Shown one piece after another: positions 13,090 to 24,546 of a stretch of DNA of 64,000 nucleotides; positions within the stretch are counted from its first letter, which is position 1; the number at the start of each line of letters is the position of its first letter. Location of the stretch: assembly GCA_002189035.1 (NCBI GenBank), contig NEEC01000002.1, positions 3,906,001-3,970,000 on the forward strand, written 5' to 3'. Source of the DNA: Utricularia gibba (Eukaryota; Plantae; Magnoliophyta). The notes under the pieces are model-generated. The model had not been told where the DNA came from and made no database searches. It worked only from the letters and a program-made list of their open reading frames with translations. Both the position numbers and the translations under genes were made by a program.

Positions 13090-14704
13090 TCAGCGTGCGG
13101 GATTCTCGGTCGCAATCGGGATGGGCAGTGGCCCGATTCTCTTATTCCTCCGAGTTCCAATTTAGAGTATCGGCTTCTTCTACAGTCTCCGCGCAATGTT
13201 CCTTCTGATTTGGCTGCGCTCTCCACCCCTGACCCGATAAACCCTCTCCCTTCTGATCCGGTTCCTGAGTCGTCTATTCGGCCCTCAACTCAAAAGAAAA
13301 GGAAAAGGGGTAACGCCTGTGTTCAGACGCCTTCTCAAGAGTTGTGAGGTAGACGTGTTCTGCTTCCTTGACTTGTAATTTCTTTATCATATTTCACCAT
13401 TGTCTCGACTTTTGCATGTAGCTGGAGAGATGGCCCGAAGAAGTGCTCTGGAAGATTCAGTCATGGCTCGCTTTACTGCCGAGATGCAGAGGACGCTGGG
13501 TGTTGAGGCAGCATCTTCCGTACAGGTTTGTTCTTCTTAATCGATAAACATAGATTCCCGATGTTTACTATGTTTCTTTCTATCTTAGGTTGGGTCCCCG
13601 GAGGACCACTCAGATGCTGCCGATCGCCTTTTGGAGAGGGATCGAGAAGTGGAGGCCTCCGAAACTCGGGAGTCTGCTCCCCCTCCCCCTAGAAAGGGAG
13701 AAGAGAGACTCCCTCCTTTACCTGGCCCCTCCGATTCCCAACACAGAACTCTTCTCGGCAGGAGCTTTCACATCAGCTCCTCAAATGTGATGCAAGAGGA
13801 CTCTGCTACAGTAGAGGTAGAAGATGGTTCGGCGTCCCCTCCGCCTTTGGTCCTGGACGGATTAAGGAGGATGCTGGAGGAAGCTGTGCCGAATCTCCCG
13901 AAGGTTCAACCGGATGTTATGCTTAAGGGGATCTGGTAGGTATTAATCATCCCTCTTTCTGATGCCATACATAGCCGATTCCTAATTTAATGGTTTTTCT
14001 TCAGGCCTTGACTTTCGGTTGGGGGTTGGCTAAGGAACTGGGATCCGCTTTGGAGGAGGTCTCTCAACTTCAACCCCATGTCAGGGCACAAGATGCCAAG
14101 ATAAAACACTAGGAGAAGAAGGAAGTGCATTGAGGTGTATGCTCGGGAAACGTAATCGCCGGGAAGAAGTGTTACAAAAACTGGTCGGCGAGATGGGGAA
14201 GGCGATCGATGACGCCAACTCTGAAAAGGAGGATTTCAAAGTGCATTATGACGAGCGAAGGCAGAGTTAGAGCGGGCCAAAGATCGCACTTCGGCCCTAG
14301 AAGCCGAGTTGCTTAATCAAGAGGCGTCCCGGGGGAAGCTTTTGGAGGATTTCGTGAATTCGGCTTGCTTTTCCGAGCTGTCAGATATCTATGCAAGGGA
14401 TCTAATCGGTTTGCTTCTGTACCGGCAGCGACGGCAATTCAGCCGAGAATTCGGGCTCCCTATCATGGATCCGCGCTTTGACAGGATAAACACCCTAACG
14501 AAGGATGAGAACATGTCGGATGTTATCGCGGACACGCTCCAGGCTCCTGAATTTGGGTTCGAAGCGGATCATGAGCGCCTATCAGAGCTTGTTCTGGTAA
14601 GGATTGGGCGGGAGAACGAGGTCAAGCAACGGGCGAGGCTATGGGGACATGCTGGCCCCTCGTTTGGCCCTCCTACTGATCCCCTACCCCCCCTTGAACT
14701 TTAG
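13090..14704 (+). pseudogene. Spliced antisense ORF of the Tat element (basic NLS-like motif, Pro-rich region, predicted coiled coil)
   Basis: Exons ~13090-13348, 13422-13525, 13589-13939 and 14005-14704. GT-AG introns of 73, 63 and 65 bp keep the frame. Stops lie at exon ends (TGA 13345, TAG 13937) and exon 4 has further stops and frameshifts. Confidence 0.75.
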
Positions 14705-15259
14705 TTTTCTCTTTCTTTTTCTCTGCTCCCCTTGAGCTAACATTTTGTTCCCCGGTTTGGGGTCTTTTGGATGTTTTGGGAGTCCTGATTTGGGATTCTC
14801 TATTTGTTTTGAGCGCATTGCCTTCTGCTTTTTATCAGTCGCACCAATTTTTGTGAATTGCATGGTTTTCTAGTCGGTTAATCGGGCTTCTCGGCCTTCA
14901 TTTGCCTTAGTCTTTTCTTATGCGAGCTGAACCGCTGCTAGGGAAGTGGATCGGAACCCTTCTTGGGTTGAACAACTTCCCCAATCCGTATTGGCCCTCT
15001 TCCAACCAAGATTCCATTGTTTTACACATGGGTGGATTTGCTTTGGCAATAAGGTTTGAATCTAACGGCTTTTTTAGGGCTTACGCAAATGGATGCAAGA
15101 ATCGGTGCTCGATTTGTTCCAGGGCTTACCCTTATGACTGGGGCTTGGGTTCGACGGAAAGTATAATTCGGGGAAGGCCCCAAGTTGGTTTGCTATGCCC
15201 ATCCGGGGGCACAGATTTAGAAGGTTTGTCTGGGCTTACATGACTTGGCCAGGGCTTAT

Positions 15260-18200
15260 GATTTTGTTTATTCCTCTCCACTTCGGAGGAATTTATAGCC
15301 ATTTGCGTGTTTAGATGAGGAGAATACCGAAACCTGCAAAAACCTAGGATTGGGAGTGGTATTGAACCGATCAAGCGTAGAATTTCCTCATCATTCCATG
15401 ATCTAGGGAACTCCACGCCATCTAGTTGCTCAAGCCGATACGCTCCCTTGCCGATTACCCTTGAAATCCAATAAGGGCCTTCCCATTTGCGGTCTAATTT
15501 TCTCACGTGTCTTTGCGGTTGGATGCTTTGGAGTACCAAGTCTCCTTGCGAGAACTCCCTTGGAAAAACAAACTTATTATAGTTCCTTTCGGTTCTTCTC
15601 TGGTAAGCCCCTAGTCGGCTATAAATACTCTGTATTTTCTCTTCCAACAACTCTAATTCCAGTTTTCGTAGGCCAACATTTTCCTCTCCGTCATAGTGTT
15701 CCACCCAGTAGCTCTTTAACATCAACTCGATCGGGCATACTGCTTCCGATCCATAAATAAGTAAGAAAGGAGACTGTTCCGTGATGGTTCGAGGAGTGGT
15801 GCGATATGACCACAACACCTCATCCAAGCGGTCTGCCCATGACCCTCCGAAATCCTCAAGCTTGGTCTTTATACCTTGTCTGAGCGTTCGATTGTGACCT
15901 CCATGAGACCATTGCTCTGAGGATGATATACCGAAGTGAAGTTATGCTTGACCAAATATTTATTGAGGAATGCATCCATTCTTCATCCCGCAAATTGGGT
16001 CCCGTTATCAGTCGCTAGTTCTCGGGGTACCTCGAACTGGATGAATATATTTCTCCATAGAAATCAGATAACTGTCTCCTCTGATATTTTTGCCACAGCT
16101 TCGGCTTCTACCCATTTGGAGAAATATTTGACCCCTACAATGACAAATTTCCTTTGGCACGAGGTCTGGGGGAATGGCCCTATAATATCCACCCCCCATC
16201 GATCAAACGGGCACTAGAGGGGAAGAGTGGTCAGATCGCTTACCGGTTTTCTTGGTATGTTTGCATGGTATTGGCATATTTTGCATCTCCTCACCATTTC
16301 AGCAACATCCCGATTCATAGATGGCCAATAATATCTGCTTCTCAGAGCTTTCCTGCACAAGGATCGTATTCCGACGTGACTGCCACACTTCCTCTCATGC
16401 AGATCGATAATGAGTTCTTGAGAGTGTTTTGTCCCGATCTCCAACTGTTGGGCTTCCGATTTATCGAGTGGTGTCTCTCCGTTTTGCAAGTATCGGATGT
16501 AGGGCGACATCCAATATTTAAGGAGACTCAGCTGCGGAGAGATGTCGCTTTCCAATTGTTGGGTAATATGGTTCACTGTCCGCAAGGTTACCGAAGGCTG
16601 ATCCCGCAATCAGATCGTCACACCTCCCTCTTTTAATTCTGGAAAACCCATGGCAAACCGGGCGAGGCTGTCTACGGATCCATTTTCCTCGCGTGCAACA
16701 TGCGACAGAGTGAATTCCGTGAAAGTCTTCACTAACTCCTTCACCTTGGCGCAGTATAGAGTCATTAGGGGGTCATAGGTTTCATACTCACCTGAGAACT
16801 GTCCTTGTACTAGCCGTGAGTCAGTGTAACGTTGAGCTCTGCAACTCCGAGCTCTTTGATCATTTTCATCCCTTCGATCTGGGAATAGGAACTTCACCGT
16901 GATGTAGATGTGCTGCCCATCTAGAGTTCGGATGTCTACACCTCCTCAGGCCATATTGTATGTTGAACCATCAACATACATGGCCCATCGATCGTTAGTT
17001 TCCATGAAACGGTCAATAGGCCAGGTCATCTCGACCACAATATCGGCAAGAGGTTAAGCGTTGATTGCTGTTCTCGATTTAAATTCAATATCCATCGTAC
17101 TCAATTCGACCGCCCATTTGGCGACCCTTTCGGAAATCTCAGGTCAAGATAGAATATTCTTTAGGGGCTGATTAGTGAACACTATGATGTGCCGATCCTG
17201 GAAATATGATCAAGGCTTGGTGGCTGCCATTTTCAGAGCCAAGATGAACTTCTCTGTTACTGTGTATCGAGTTTCGGCTAACAGCAAGACCTTGCTCACA
17301 TAATACACCGACAAGTGTTTATCTCTCGAGATGGTTGTCAGGACTACACTTACCGCAATGGGCGATATTGATAGATAAAGTCCTAGGGGCTCCCCTTCCC
17401 TCGGAGCCACTAGAAGTGGAGGCGATGAGAGATATTCTTTGAGTTTCTCAAAGGCGATCTGAAAGTCTCCGTTCCATTCTAAGGCATTTCCCTTTCGCAA
17501 GGCCTTGAAGAAGGACGCCGACTTGTCGGTCGATCGAGATATGAATCGGCTGAGGGCAGCCAGTTTACCCGTGAAGCTCTGATATTCTTTGATTGTCCTC
17601 GGGGGTTGCATTTCGCATATTGCTTTAATCTTCTCGGGGTCAGCTTCGATTTCTCTTTTCGATACATAGTGACCGAGGAACTTTCCGCTCTACACCCCGA
17701 AGCAACATTTAAATGGGTTGAGTTTTAATTCGTATGACCGGCATAGAGAAAAGCAAGAGTCTAGATACGTCAAATGATCCTCTTCATTCATTGACTTAAC
17801 GATCATATCGTCCACATACACTTCCTTAGAAGTTCCAATTTTAGAGGAAAAGATTTTGTTCAGCAATCTCAAATAAGTCGCCTTAGTATTCTTCAAATCG
17901 AAAGGCATCGCGACATAGCAGTAGACTCCATCCTTGGTGTAGAAGGTTGTTTTCGGTTGGTTATTCTCCGTGACAAAAATCTGGTGATACCTAGAATATG
18001 CATCCATGGTGCTCAGAAACCGAGACCCGGCAATGGCGTCCACCAGTTCATCTATCTTCAGTAAGGGGTAGGGATCCCTTTCACAGCAGGCATTGAACAC
18101 GGTGAAGTCGACACACATTCTCCATTTTCCCCCGGGCTTCAAGACGACGACCGGGTTGGCTACCCATTCCGAGTACCGGATCTCCCTCACGTAACCGGCT

Positions 18201-20246
18201 TCCAGGAGTTCCTTTTTTTTTTCTTTGATAATCTGGCACTTTTCTTCAAAGAAGTGCCGTTGTTTCTGCCGAATCGATTTCGCCCCCAGATCGGTATCAA
18301 TGTGATGCTCAACGACAAATCAATCAATTCCTACAAAGTCGGCAGCAGTCCAGGCAAAATTATCGGCTTTCTTCCTTAGAAGTTCCACTAACCTTTTCTC
18401 AAACTCGGCGTTTAAGTTGATGCCAATGCAGGTCGTTTTTTGTGTATCTTCTGGTATTAGCTGCAAGGATCTGTACCCCACCGATTCCATGGCTTGCCTG
18501 GGGCGTTCCCGGGGTTCCTTCTCCACCACCCTTACTCTCGTTTTCTTCGCGCAGAGATCGCGGCAAAAGGACACATAACAAGACCGGGCGGCTGGTTGGT
18601 CGATATCTAGCATGCAGATTTCCCTTGGTGTTGGAAATTTAACTTTCAGGTGCACAGTTGAGGGCAACATACCGAATTGGTTGATGCCGAGTCGGCCGAG
18701 GATCATGTTAAACGAGACTAGCGAATCCAGAATCAAGATTCAAATTTCTTGGTCTGGCTTCGCCCTACCGCACCGAATGTCACCGGCATGATTATTTTCC
18801 CGACAATTTGCACGGCCCGTTGATCGAATGGGTGGATATCCCCCTCTTTGGATGACGTCGGTAGCGCGGACGCTTTATTTTTCATAATGCTGTAGGAAGA
18901 TCCCTGATCGATTAGAATCCTTCTCACCTTGGTGCTCCCGCATATCCCTTCTACCATCAAAGGTTCATTTCGTGTGGCTGGGCCGATCGGGATGTCTTTG
19001 TTAGAAAAATTGATCTTTTCCTTCTCCTAGGCGGCTTTCTCAGTCTGACCTCTCCCGATTTCAAAAATTTCTCCTTTTCTAGCCTCCTCCAAATATCTCT
19101 TGCGTGATTTTCTGGATTCGTCAACCTCGGTCCCCTCGGATACCATACGGATTTCCCGAACATAGGGGGGGCTACCTTGTGCTCGCGGTTCAAGACTTTG
19201 CTAGCTCGCGGGATTCCTCCTGCTGATTTTGAAGGGAACTTCGGGTACCGCTGCCTTCGTTCCCTATGTGTCCGTGACGTCCTCTTTTTCGCTCCATTAT
19301 CGGTGCGGGGTTCCGTGTCGCATTGTTCATCCCGCTACCAGCATGATACTGCTCGATCAACCTATTCATGACTCGGCAGTTGATAGTGTTGTGCCCATTG
19401 GTTTTGTGTATTTCACAATAGGCATCGGTTCTGATTGGTTCCACCTGATATATCCTACGCCAAGCAGTTGAATTGGTCGATAAATCTTCTCAAGCTCTCT
19501 TTTCTATGGTCATACCGAATAGAATACAATGCTGCCTTTGAGGGTGGGGCTTCGATGTTGACAGCATATCGGGTAGTAAAAAGCAACACCAACTCCTTAT
19601 AAGATCCTACGTTGAATGGCTCTAACTGCTTGAACCAAGCCTTGGCTCGCTTTTGCAGCGAGCCAGCAAACAGCTTACATTTCATGGCTTCCGAATGCCG
19701 GACTGTGGCCATCCTCATGTCAAAATCGGTCACATGAGATATGGGGTCTCCTTTTCCATCGTACGTGGGCAGTCCATCTGGGACTCTGAATCCCCTTTCT
19801 GGCTCTTCCCGAATCAGCTCATCCGAGAAAGGGTCAAAGCGAAGTGCTGAGGTTCCCGCCGCTCCTTCAACGCTACTCTTCAAAGCTAGGTCAATGTCGG
19901 CCATGAAGCCTACTCTTCTAGTGCAAACATTCTAATCGAAGGCGTCCTTGAAGCCCCTACTCTCTTTCCCTCTTGGTAATATCTGTACGCCGATAAGTCT
20001 TCGTCTCTCCCAAATCTGATCTAGTTCTCTCCTTAGCTCTTCTTCCCTTTTTCCTAAGATTTCATTAGTCGCGTTTTTCCAATCCATCCCGGGCTCATAA
20101 ATGACTTGGTTGCGCCTTTTCCTTCGCAGTATCTCCTCCTCGGTTTCGGATTCAGTCTCCGTGTCCAGGGGGTATTCCAGAATCAGGGGTTGTTTCTCCA
20201 CTCGTGGCGCGGTTTCGGGTGTTCCTTCATGGGCGTTGGAGTTCAA
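15260..20246 (-). pseudogene. Tat gag-pol (gag, protease, RT, RNase H, archaeal-type RNase H, integrase)
   Basis: gag LPTYDGKGDPISH and CEIHKTNGHNTINC; protease RILIDQGSS; RT WRMCVDFT, YVDDMIVKS; RH 17210-17611; aRH ~16640-16990 (MYVDG, TDSRLV, VDSLAR); integrase HERKCGSHVG..CKICQ and WSYRTTPR. Confidence 0.93.
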
Positions 20247-20415
20247 CCTCGAAGGTGCCCTAAAGTCACAGAGGATTTCCGTTAGAAGGGCCTTGAGTTA
20301 TTCCCTACTGGTGATCATAAGACCAGGGTCTTGTATGCCGGCGCTTTCGTCATTGGCCGGGTTGGTAGCTATGCTATTTTCCGCCATGATCGATGTTTAG
20401 TGAGCGGTATCTGTG

Positions 20416-20435
20416 GATTTCTCCAGTGGAAGCCA
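20416..20435 (-). promoter_or_regulatory. Putative degenerate PBS (tRNA-Arg-like)
   Basis: Minus strand TGGCTTCCACTGGAGAAATC, 3 nt from the LTR. Resembles the recalled Tat/Ogre Arg PBS TGGCGACTCCACTGGGGA. Confidence 0.55.
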
Positions 20436-20438
20436 AAA

Positions 20439-20920
20439 TGTTATGGGTAAAAATCGATATACGGGGTTGGACCGATGTTCAGGTTATGGATGCAATCGGA
20501 AATGCCGTTTCTTTGTATGCTCCTTTGCGATTTGTTCGGTTTGATCAACAGAAATGAGGGTAGGCGGAGATTTTTACATGGAAACCGTCATAAGACGGAA
20601 AAAACCACGCAGCTGTCGAATCTCGTCGGAAAAAGTCCTTACTAGATGGAGGTGAAGAAGAAAGGTATAGGTTGGGAGGCTTAGGTTCGAACCCCTTATC
20701 CGTTATGATTTGACTGAATCGTGAGTTCTGCAAGTGTCAGCTACCTTTTTGTACTTGTACTTTCATCTTGCTTTATAGACGATCGCCGCCTGTTCTGCTA
20801 TGATTCGACCACTTTCCAAACTGCACCATATCGCCGCTATCAGATCTTTGACACATATCGGTCTATCGACAGGAGTTTTCCCATCAGGACTCCTGTCGGC
20901 AGCCTTTCAGAGACTGATCA
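20439..20920 (-). mobile_element. 5' LTR of the Tat element
   Basis: tgttatgggtaaaaatcg...gagactgatca; roughly 90% similar by eye to 12411-12927. Confidence 0.85.
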
Positions 20921-22655
20921 TCCTCGCACGAGTTGTACCCCATTAGGTATGAAATTATTGGCTTTGTTACTCATTTTATTCCTGCATGGTTTGTGAGGTA
21001 ATGGTATATTTTGAGATCTGTGAGGTAGTGTGTTGTGTTATACTTGAGTCATTGATCGAAATCACTATGATACCATGAAGGCGTTTGTGCCGTTGATATA
21101 GAAGAATAACAAATGGAAGAAGCTTGGAATGAGAATGATGATTCAAAAGTCATAATTTAGTAGAGCAAGTTTCATGATTATTTAAGGTAATGGAGTAGCT
21201 GATAGTTGACCATTGAGTTATTTAGTGGGCTTCAACTGGTCAGTCTAATTCGCGCTTTCCAGAATGATCTTCTACATTGGCATTGAGTGAGTCCAAGTTT
21301 TCTTATGAATACAACATAATTCAACACTTGGGCAGGTCAGCTACCCGGATTATGAATACAAGCGCAACACTCGTTTAATGCATAAATCCCGTACATGTCT
21401 GATTCTTCGTTTTTCCTGACGTGGAACCATTTGGTTCCAGGCCCTTTTTCCGGTGTTGCACCGCAGTTTTTTTCGCTACGAGTGATTACTACAAATAAAG
21501 ATAATCCCTGCCCGTGCCCACAGCATTTGATCGCAGGAAGACCCAGAAAACGGGCCCAAAACATTTCCTGCATATACCCCAACCCAGTTAATGACCAATA
21601 AATTCTAAGGAAAAAGGAAGAACCTTCCCATTGTAGCATACATTATGCAGCGCAGTAACATAATAGATTTGGATCCAGTTTAAAAGATTTTCGATTACTT
21701 TAGATTATGAGATAAATCGCCTACATTTGCACAGGACCCAAACAGTGAACACAACTGGTTGCTCATATGGAATGAGTTTACTGCTTTTAGAACGAGCCAT
21801 AACCTGTAGCTTAAATAGGGGTTGAAGTCGTGGCTTGTCCTAAGTTGTTGTCACAAAGTCAATGCCACTTTAAGCATAGCGATGACCCACACAATGTAAG
21901 CCAAAGTCACGCAAACGCAAGTGAACTCTTGAGGTAAAATCAAACCACGGGTAAAAAAAAAAAAGAACACTAAAAGGTTGAAGTTTTAAAAAAGTGTTGG
22001 TGGGGCGAGAAGAGACACCAAGTCAAGGATTTGAAGTTGCAGGTTAAGGTAACAAGGTTGGTTTATTGACTTTGGGAGTAGATGGAACGAGAGCAACCGT
22101 AATTACTACTTACGAGCAGCGCTTACTTGTGTCGTCGAACGGTTATAAAATAATAGGGGTGTATCTGCGCCGGGATTCACTCATCACCCTTCTTGGTAAT
22201 CACCCTTTTTTGGCATTAATTAGCCTTTAATTTTTCCCAGCATTATTTTCCATAATGACTCAACAGCATAAATACGACCGACGCTTACTCGCGGCTCATA
22301 TATATATAGATATATATGTTCCTGGTTGGTGACTCGCACCCTAGAGAAGTTCATTAAGAAAAAAGAATCAGTAAATAATCAGATTATTGGCTTTATGTTG
22401 CGCCGCACTGGTGCTGTAACTGGGGCTTTTCGATGTACAGACACAAGTCAGGAACTAGTAAGACGGGCTGCAAATTCCGGCATTGATGTTGTCAACCAAT
22501 GGAGACCAGTAGGCTTGACTTTGTAACTCTAAAAGGCAAAATAAAAATGCTGCAAGTATGACTTGTTTGCAAGATTCGGGAAATCCAAAACCACACGGCC
22601 TACTTGACTTTCGCTGTTCCCCTTAACGGCCAAGTCCTGGTCAAAACAGAAGGCA

Positions 22656-22672
22656 TGTGTGTGTGTGTGTGT
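22656..22672. repeat. (TG)8 microsatellite
   Basis: tgtgtgtgtgtgtgtgt read directly. Confidence 0.9.
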
Positions 22673-23148
22673 ATCCGGCTCCTTCTCTGTGCCAACGCAG
22701 ACAAATTCTTTTGTAGAGCGTTGGGCCTCCGGGGCTACGTGAATAATAGTCGTTGATCGTTGTGCCTGCGTAACAACAATTATATAAGCGACCATAAAGG
22801 ACCCCAGTGCAGTAGAGTCAGGTTGGCGTTGGCCCGTGATTAATGCCCCGCGTGCATCACGTCTTCCTTAATTCGCTCGCGTTCGTCTCCGGAGTCCCGA
22901 GCGACGTCAGCTTCCGTTTTTATTTTTTATTTTCCTTTTCCGCAACAATTAAATAAATATTTTTGTGTTTCTGTTGCTGCTGCTACCACCAAATTGAATT
23001 CCATTCATTTCAGTTGCATCTCCAGTCCGCCAGCTACGTCTACGTATCTCTATTCCATCGATAGATAATTAATACTAGTGTTCACTCACCCCATAGTTTA
23101 ACCAAATCCCACCTCTCTCTCCTCCTCTTTCTCCCTCCCTCTCCCCTG

Positions 23149-23156
23149 TTATATAT
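23149..23156 (+). promoter_or_regulatory. Candidate TATA box of the GIR1-like gene
   Basis: TATATATA after a CT-rich tract, about 130 bp before the ATG. ACGT-core boxes lie upstream (~22858, ~22903, ~23036-23046). Confidence 0.5.
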
Positions 23157-23212
23157 ACCATCATCCCCTGCATCAACTTCCCAAACCACCGTTTTCAGCT
23201 CCTGTTAGTTTG

Positions 23213-23277
23213 GTACGTGCACTCTCTTTTGATTAAGCTTGTTTTCGTACGCTGTAACTAGTGTTTTTTCTTAACAG
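23213..23277 (+). other. Predicted 65-bp 5' UTR intron
   Basis: G|GTACGT donor, tgtaac branch-like motif, T-rich tract and ttaacAG acceptor 4 nt before the ATG. Confidence 0.6.
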
Positions 23278-23281
23278 AAAG

Positions 23282-23604
23282 ATGAGCAGGGGAAACGAAC
23301 CTAAACTTGATCTGAATCTGAATTTGTCGCCGCTGAGGGCGCGACGGCCGCTAGCGGAGGATTCTTCGCCCAGCCGATCTCAAACCGTGTCCCGTCCTCG
23401 ACTCTAAGCTCATGCTTGTCGTCGGATATGGACGCAGATGAGGAGGAGTACTCGATGATGCTGGTGGGCTGTCAGAGGTGCCTTTTGTATGTGATGCTAT
23501 CGGAGGAAGATCCGAGATGCCCAAAATGTAAGAGCTCTGTGCTGATTGATGTCATTAATAACGCCAGCACCACTGCCACCAGCCGGGGGTTGAAGAAGAC
23601 TTGA
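23282..23604 (+). CDS. GIR1: GL2-interacting repressor (GIR1/GIR2)-like EAR-motif protein, with a 1-bp frameshift as assembled
   Basis: N-terminus MSRGNEPKLDLNLNLSP (LxLxL EAR). C-terminus SSCLSSDM..MMLVGCQRCLLYVMLSEEDPRCPKCKSSVLID matches the recalled GIR family motif VLVGCPRCLMYVMLSEDDPKCPKCKS. The span is 323 nt; one extra C at 23391-23393 restores a 107-aa ORF. Confidence 0.85.
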
Positions 23605-24124
23605 GATGCAGAAGAAAAGGAAAAGCATCATCTTGACATACCAAGCTATTAAGTTATTAGGTAGGCATTGCTTCTTCCAATATCAGAGCCAAGAGACTCA
23701 AAACGACAACTTTCTGCTGATCTTTTACCTGCAAGTTCATTCCAACCTGATTGTGTAGGAAAAAAAAAACACAGGAGTGGAGTGACCTTTTCGTTGATAA
23801 AAAGTACAGGAAAGGAATGCTCGGTACATCTGTTATTCGTGTATCGGGTTGCAAGCCAGGCATCACGGTACTTTCTTGCTTGCATTCCTGCGGTCTAACG
23901 GGGGTCAAATATATTCATTCCTCAAGAAAAATGATGAAAAAAAATAAACAACTCGACGACACATAATTGACAAGAAGTGACCAATTGAGTAATCTGCTGA
24001 GTTACGTGCAGCTTAGGTGGAAAAATTAAATTTTTTTCTTTTTCGTAACTAACTACATAACAAGCATAAAAAAATACAATACCAAACAAAATATATATTT
24101 ATACTAACTCATAGCATAAACATA

Positions 24125-24310
24125 AAAACTGATGCTAATATCTCATGTTAACATCAATACATGACTCCACTTTTGAATCAATATATTAAGAAAAATATGA
24201 TAAAATCAATGATAATTTCTCATATTAACATTGATTCTTGATTCAACTCCTAAAAAACATATTAGGAATATATGATAACATCCATGCCAATGTCTCCTAT
24301 TAACATTGAC
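24125..24310. repeat. ~75-bp tandem repeat x3 inside the left LTR
   Basis: Unit gata.catcaatg..aatatctcatattaacat...ttgattcaact recurs at ~24125, 24199 and 24274. Confidence 0.75.
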
Positions 24311-24546
24311 TAATAATAACCTAAAGAAATATGGAGAATAAATAAAGAATGTTATCAAACTCGAATCAAGATTCAAGTTCTCTTCTTCATTTCACTATTC
24401 ACCATGGTTTCTTCATCGATTTCCTACTTGTTTCCCAAATTTTCCCAATCATTTTTCTCCAGATGAAGCATACTCCCATCACACTTTTCCAAATGCCACA
24501 TATTTATATCCAGAACTTGCATGTAGCACACTTTTTAATATTATTG

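Larger units (their letters stand above)
12411..20920 (-). mobile_element. Ty3/gypsy Tat-type (Retand/Ogre-like) LTR retrotransposon, near full length, no TSD
   Basis: Two similar LTRs, PBS, PPT-like tract, and domain order gag-PR-RT-RH-aRH-INT. Left flank ggtat does not match right flank tcctc. Confidence 0.92.

Noticed and set aside
12882-13226. 114-aa minus-strand ORF as an extra sense gene of the Tat element
   Set aside because: It overlaps the LTR edge and the first antisense exon and has no recognisable domain; probably a shadow frame.
21150-21230. Possible LINE-type RNase H relic (..GNGVADS..)
   Set aside because: Only a seven-residue resemblance flanked by stops; not supportable without a profile search.
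23389-23408. 20-nt GT..AG micro-intron that would restore the GIR1-like frame
   Set aside because: Far below the usual plant intron minimum, and it would remove the Ser/Pro-rich linker expected in the family. A 1-bp indel is simpler.
23649-23966. Four overlapping short ORFs downstream of the GIR1-like gene
   Set aside because: No recognisable motifs; position and composition fit a 3' UTR.
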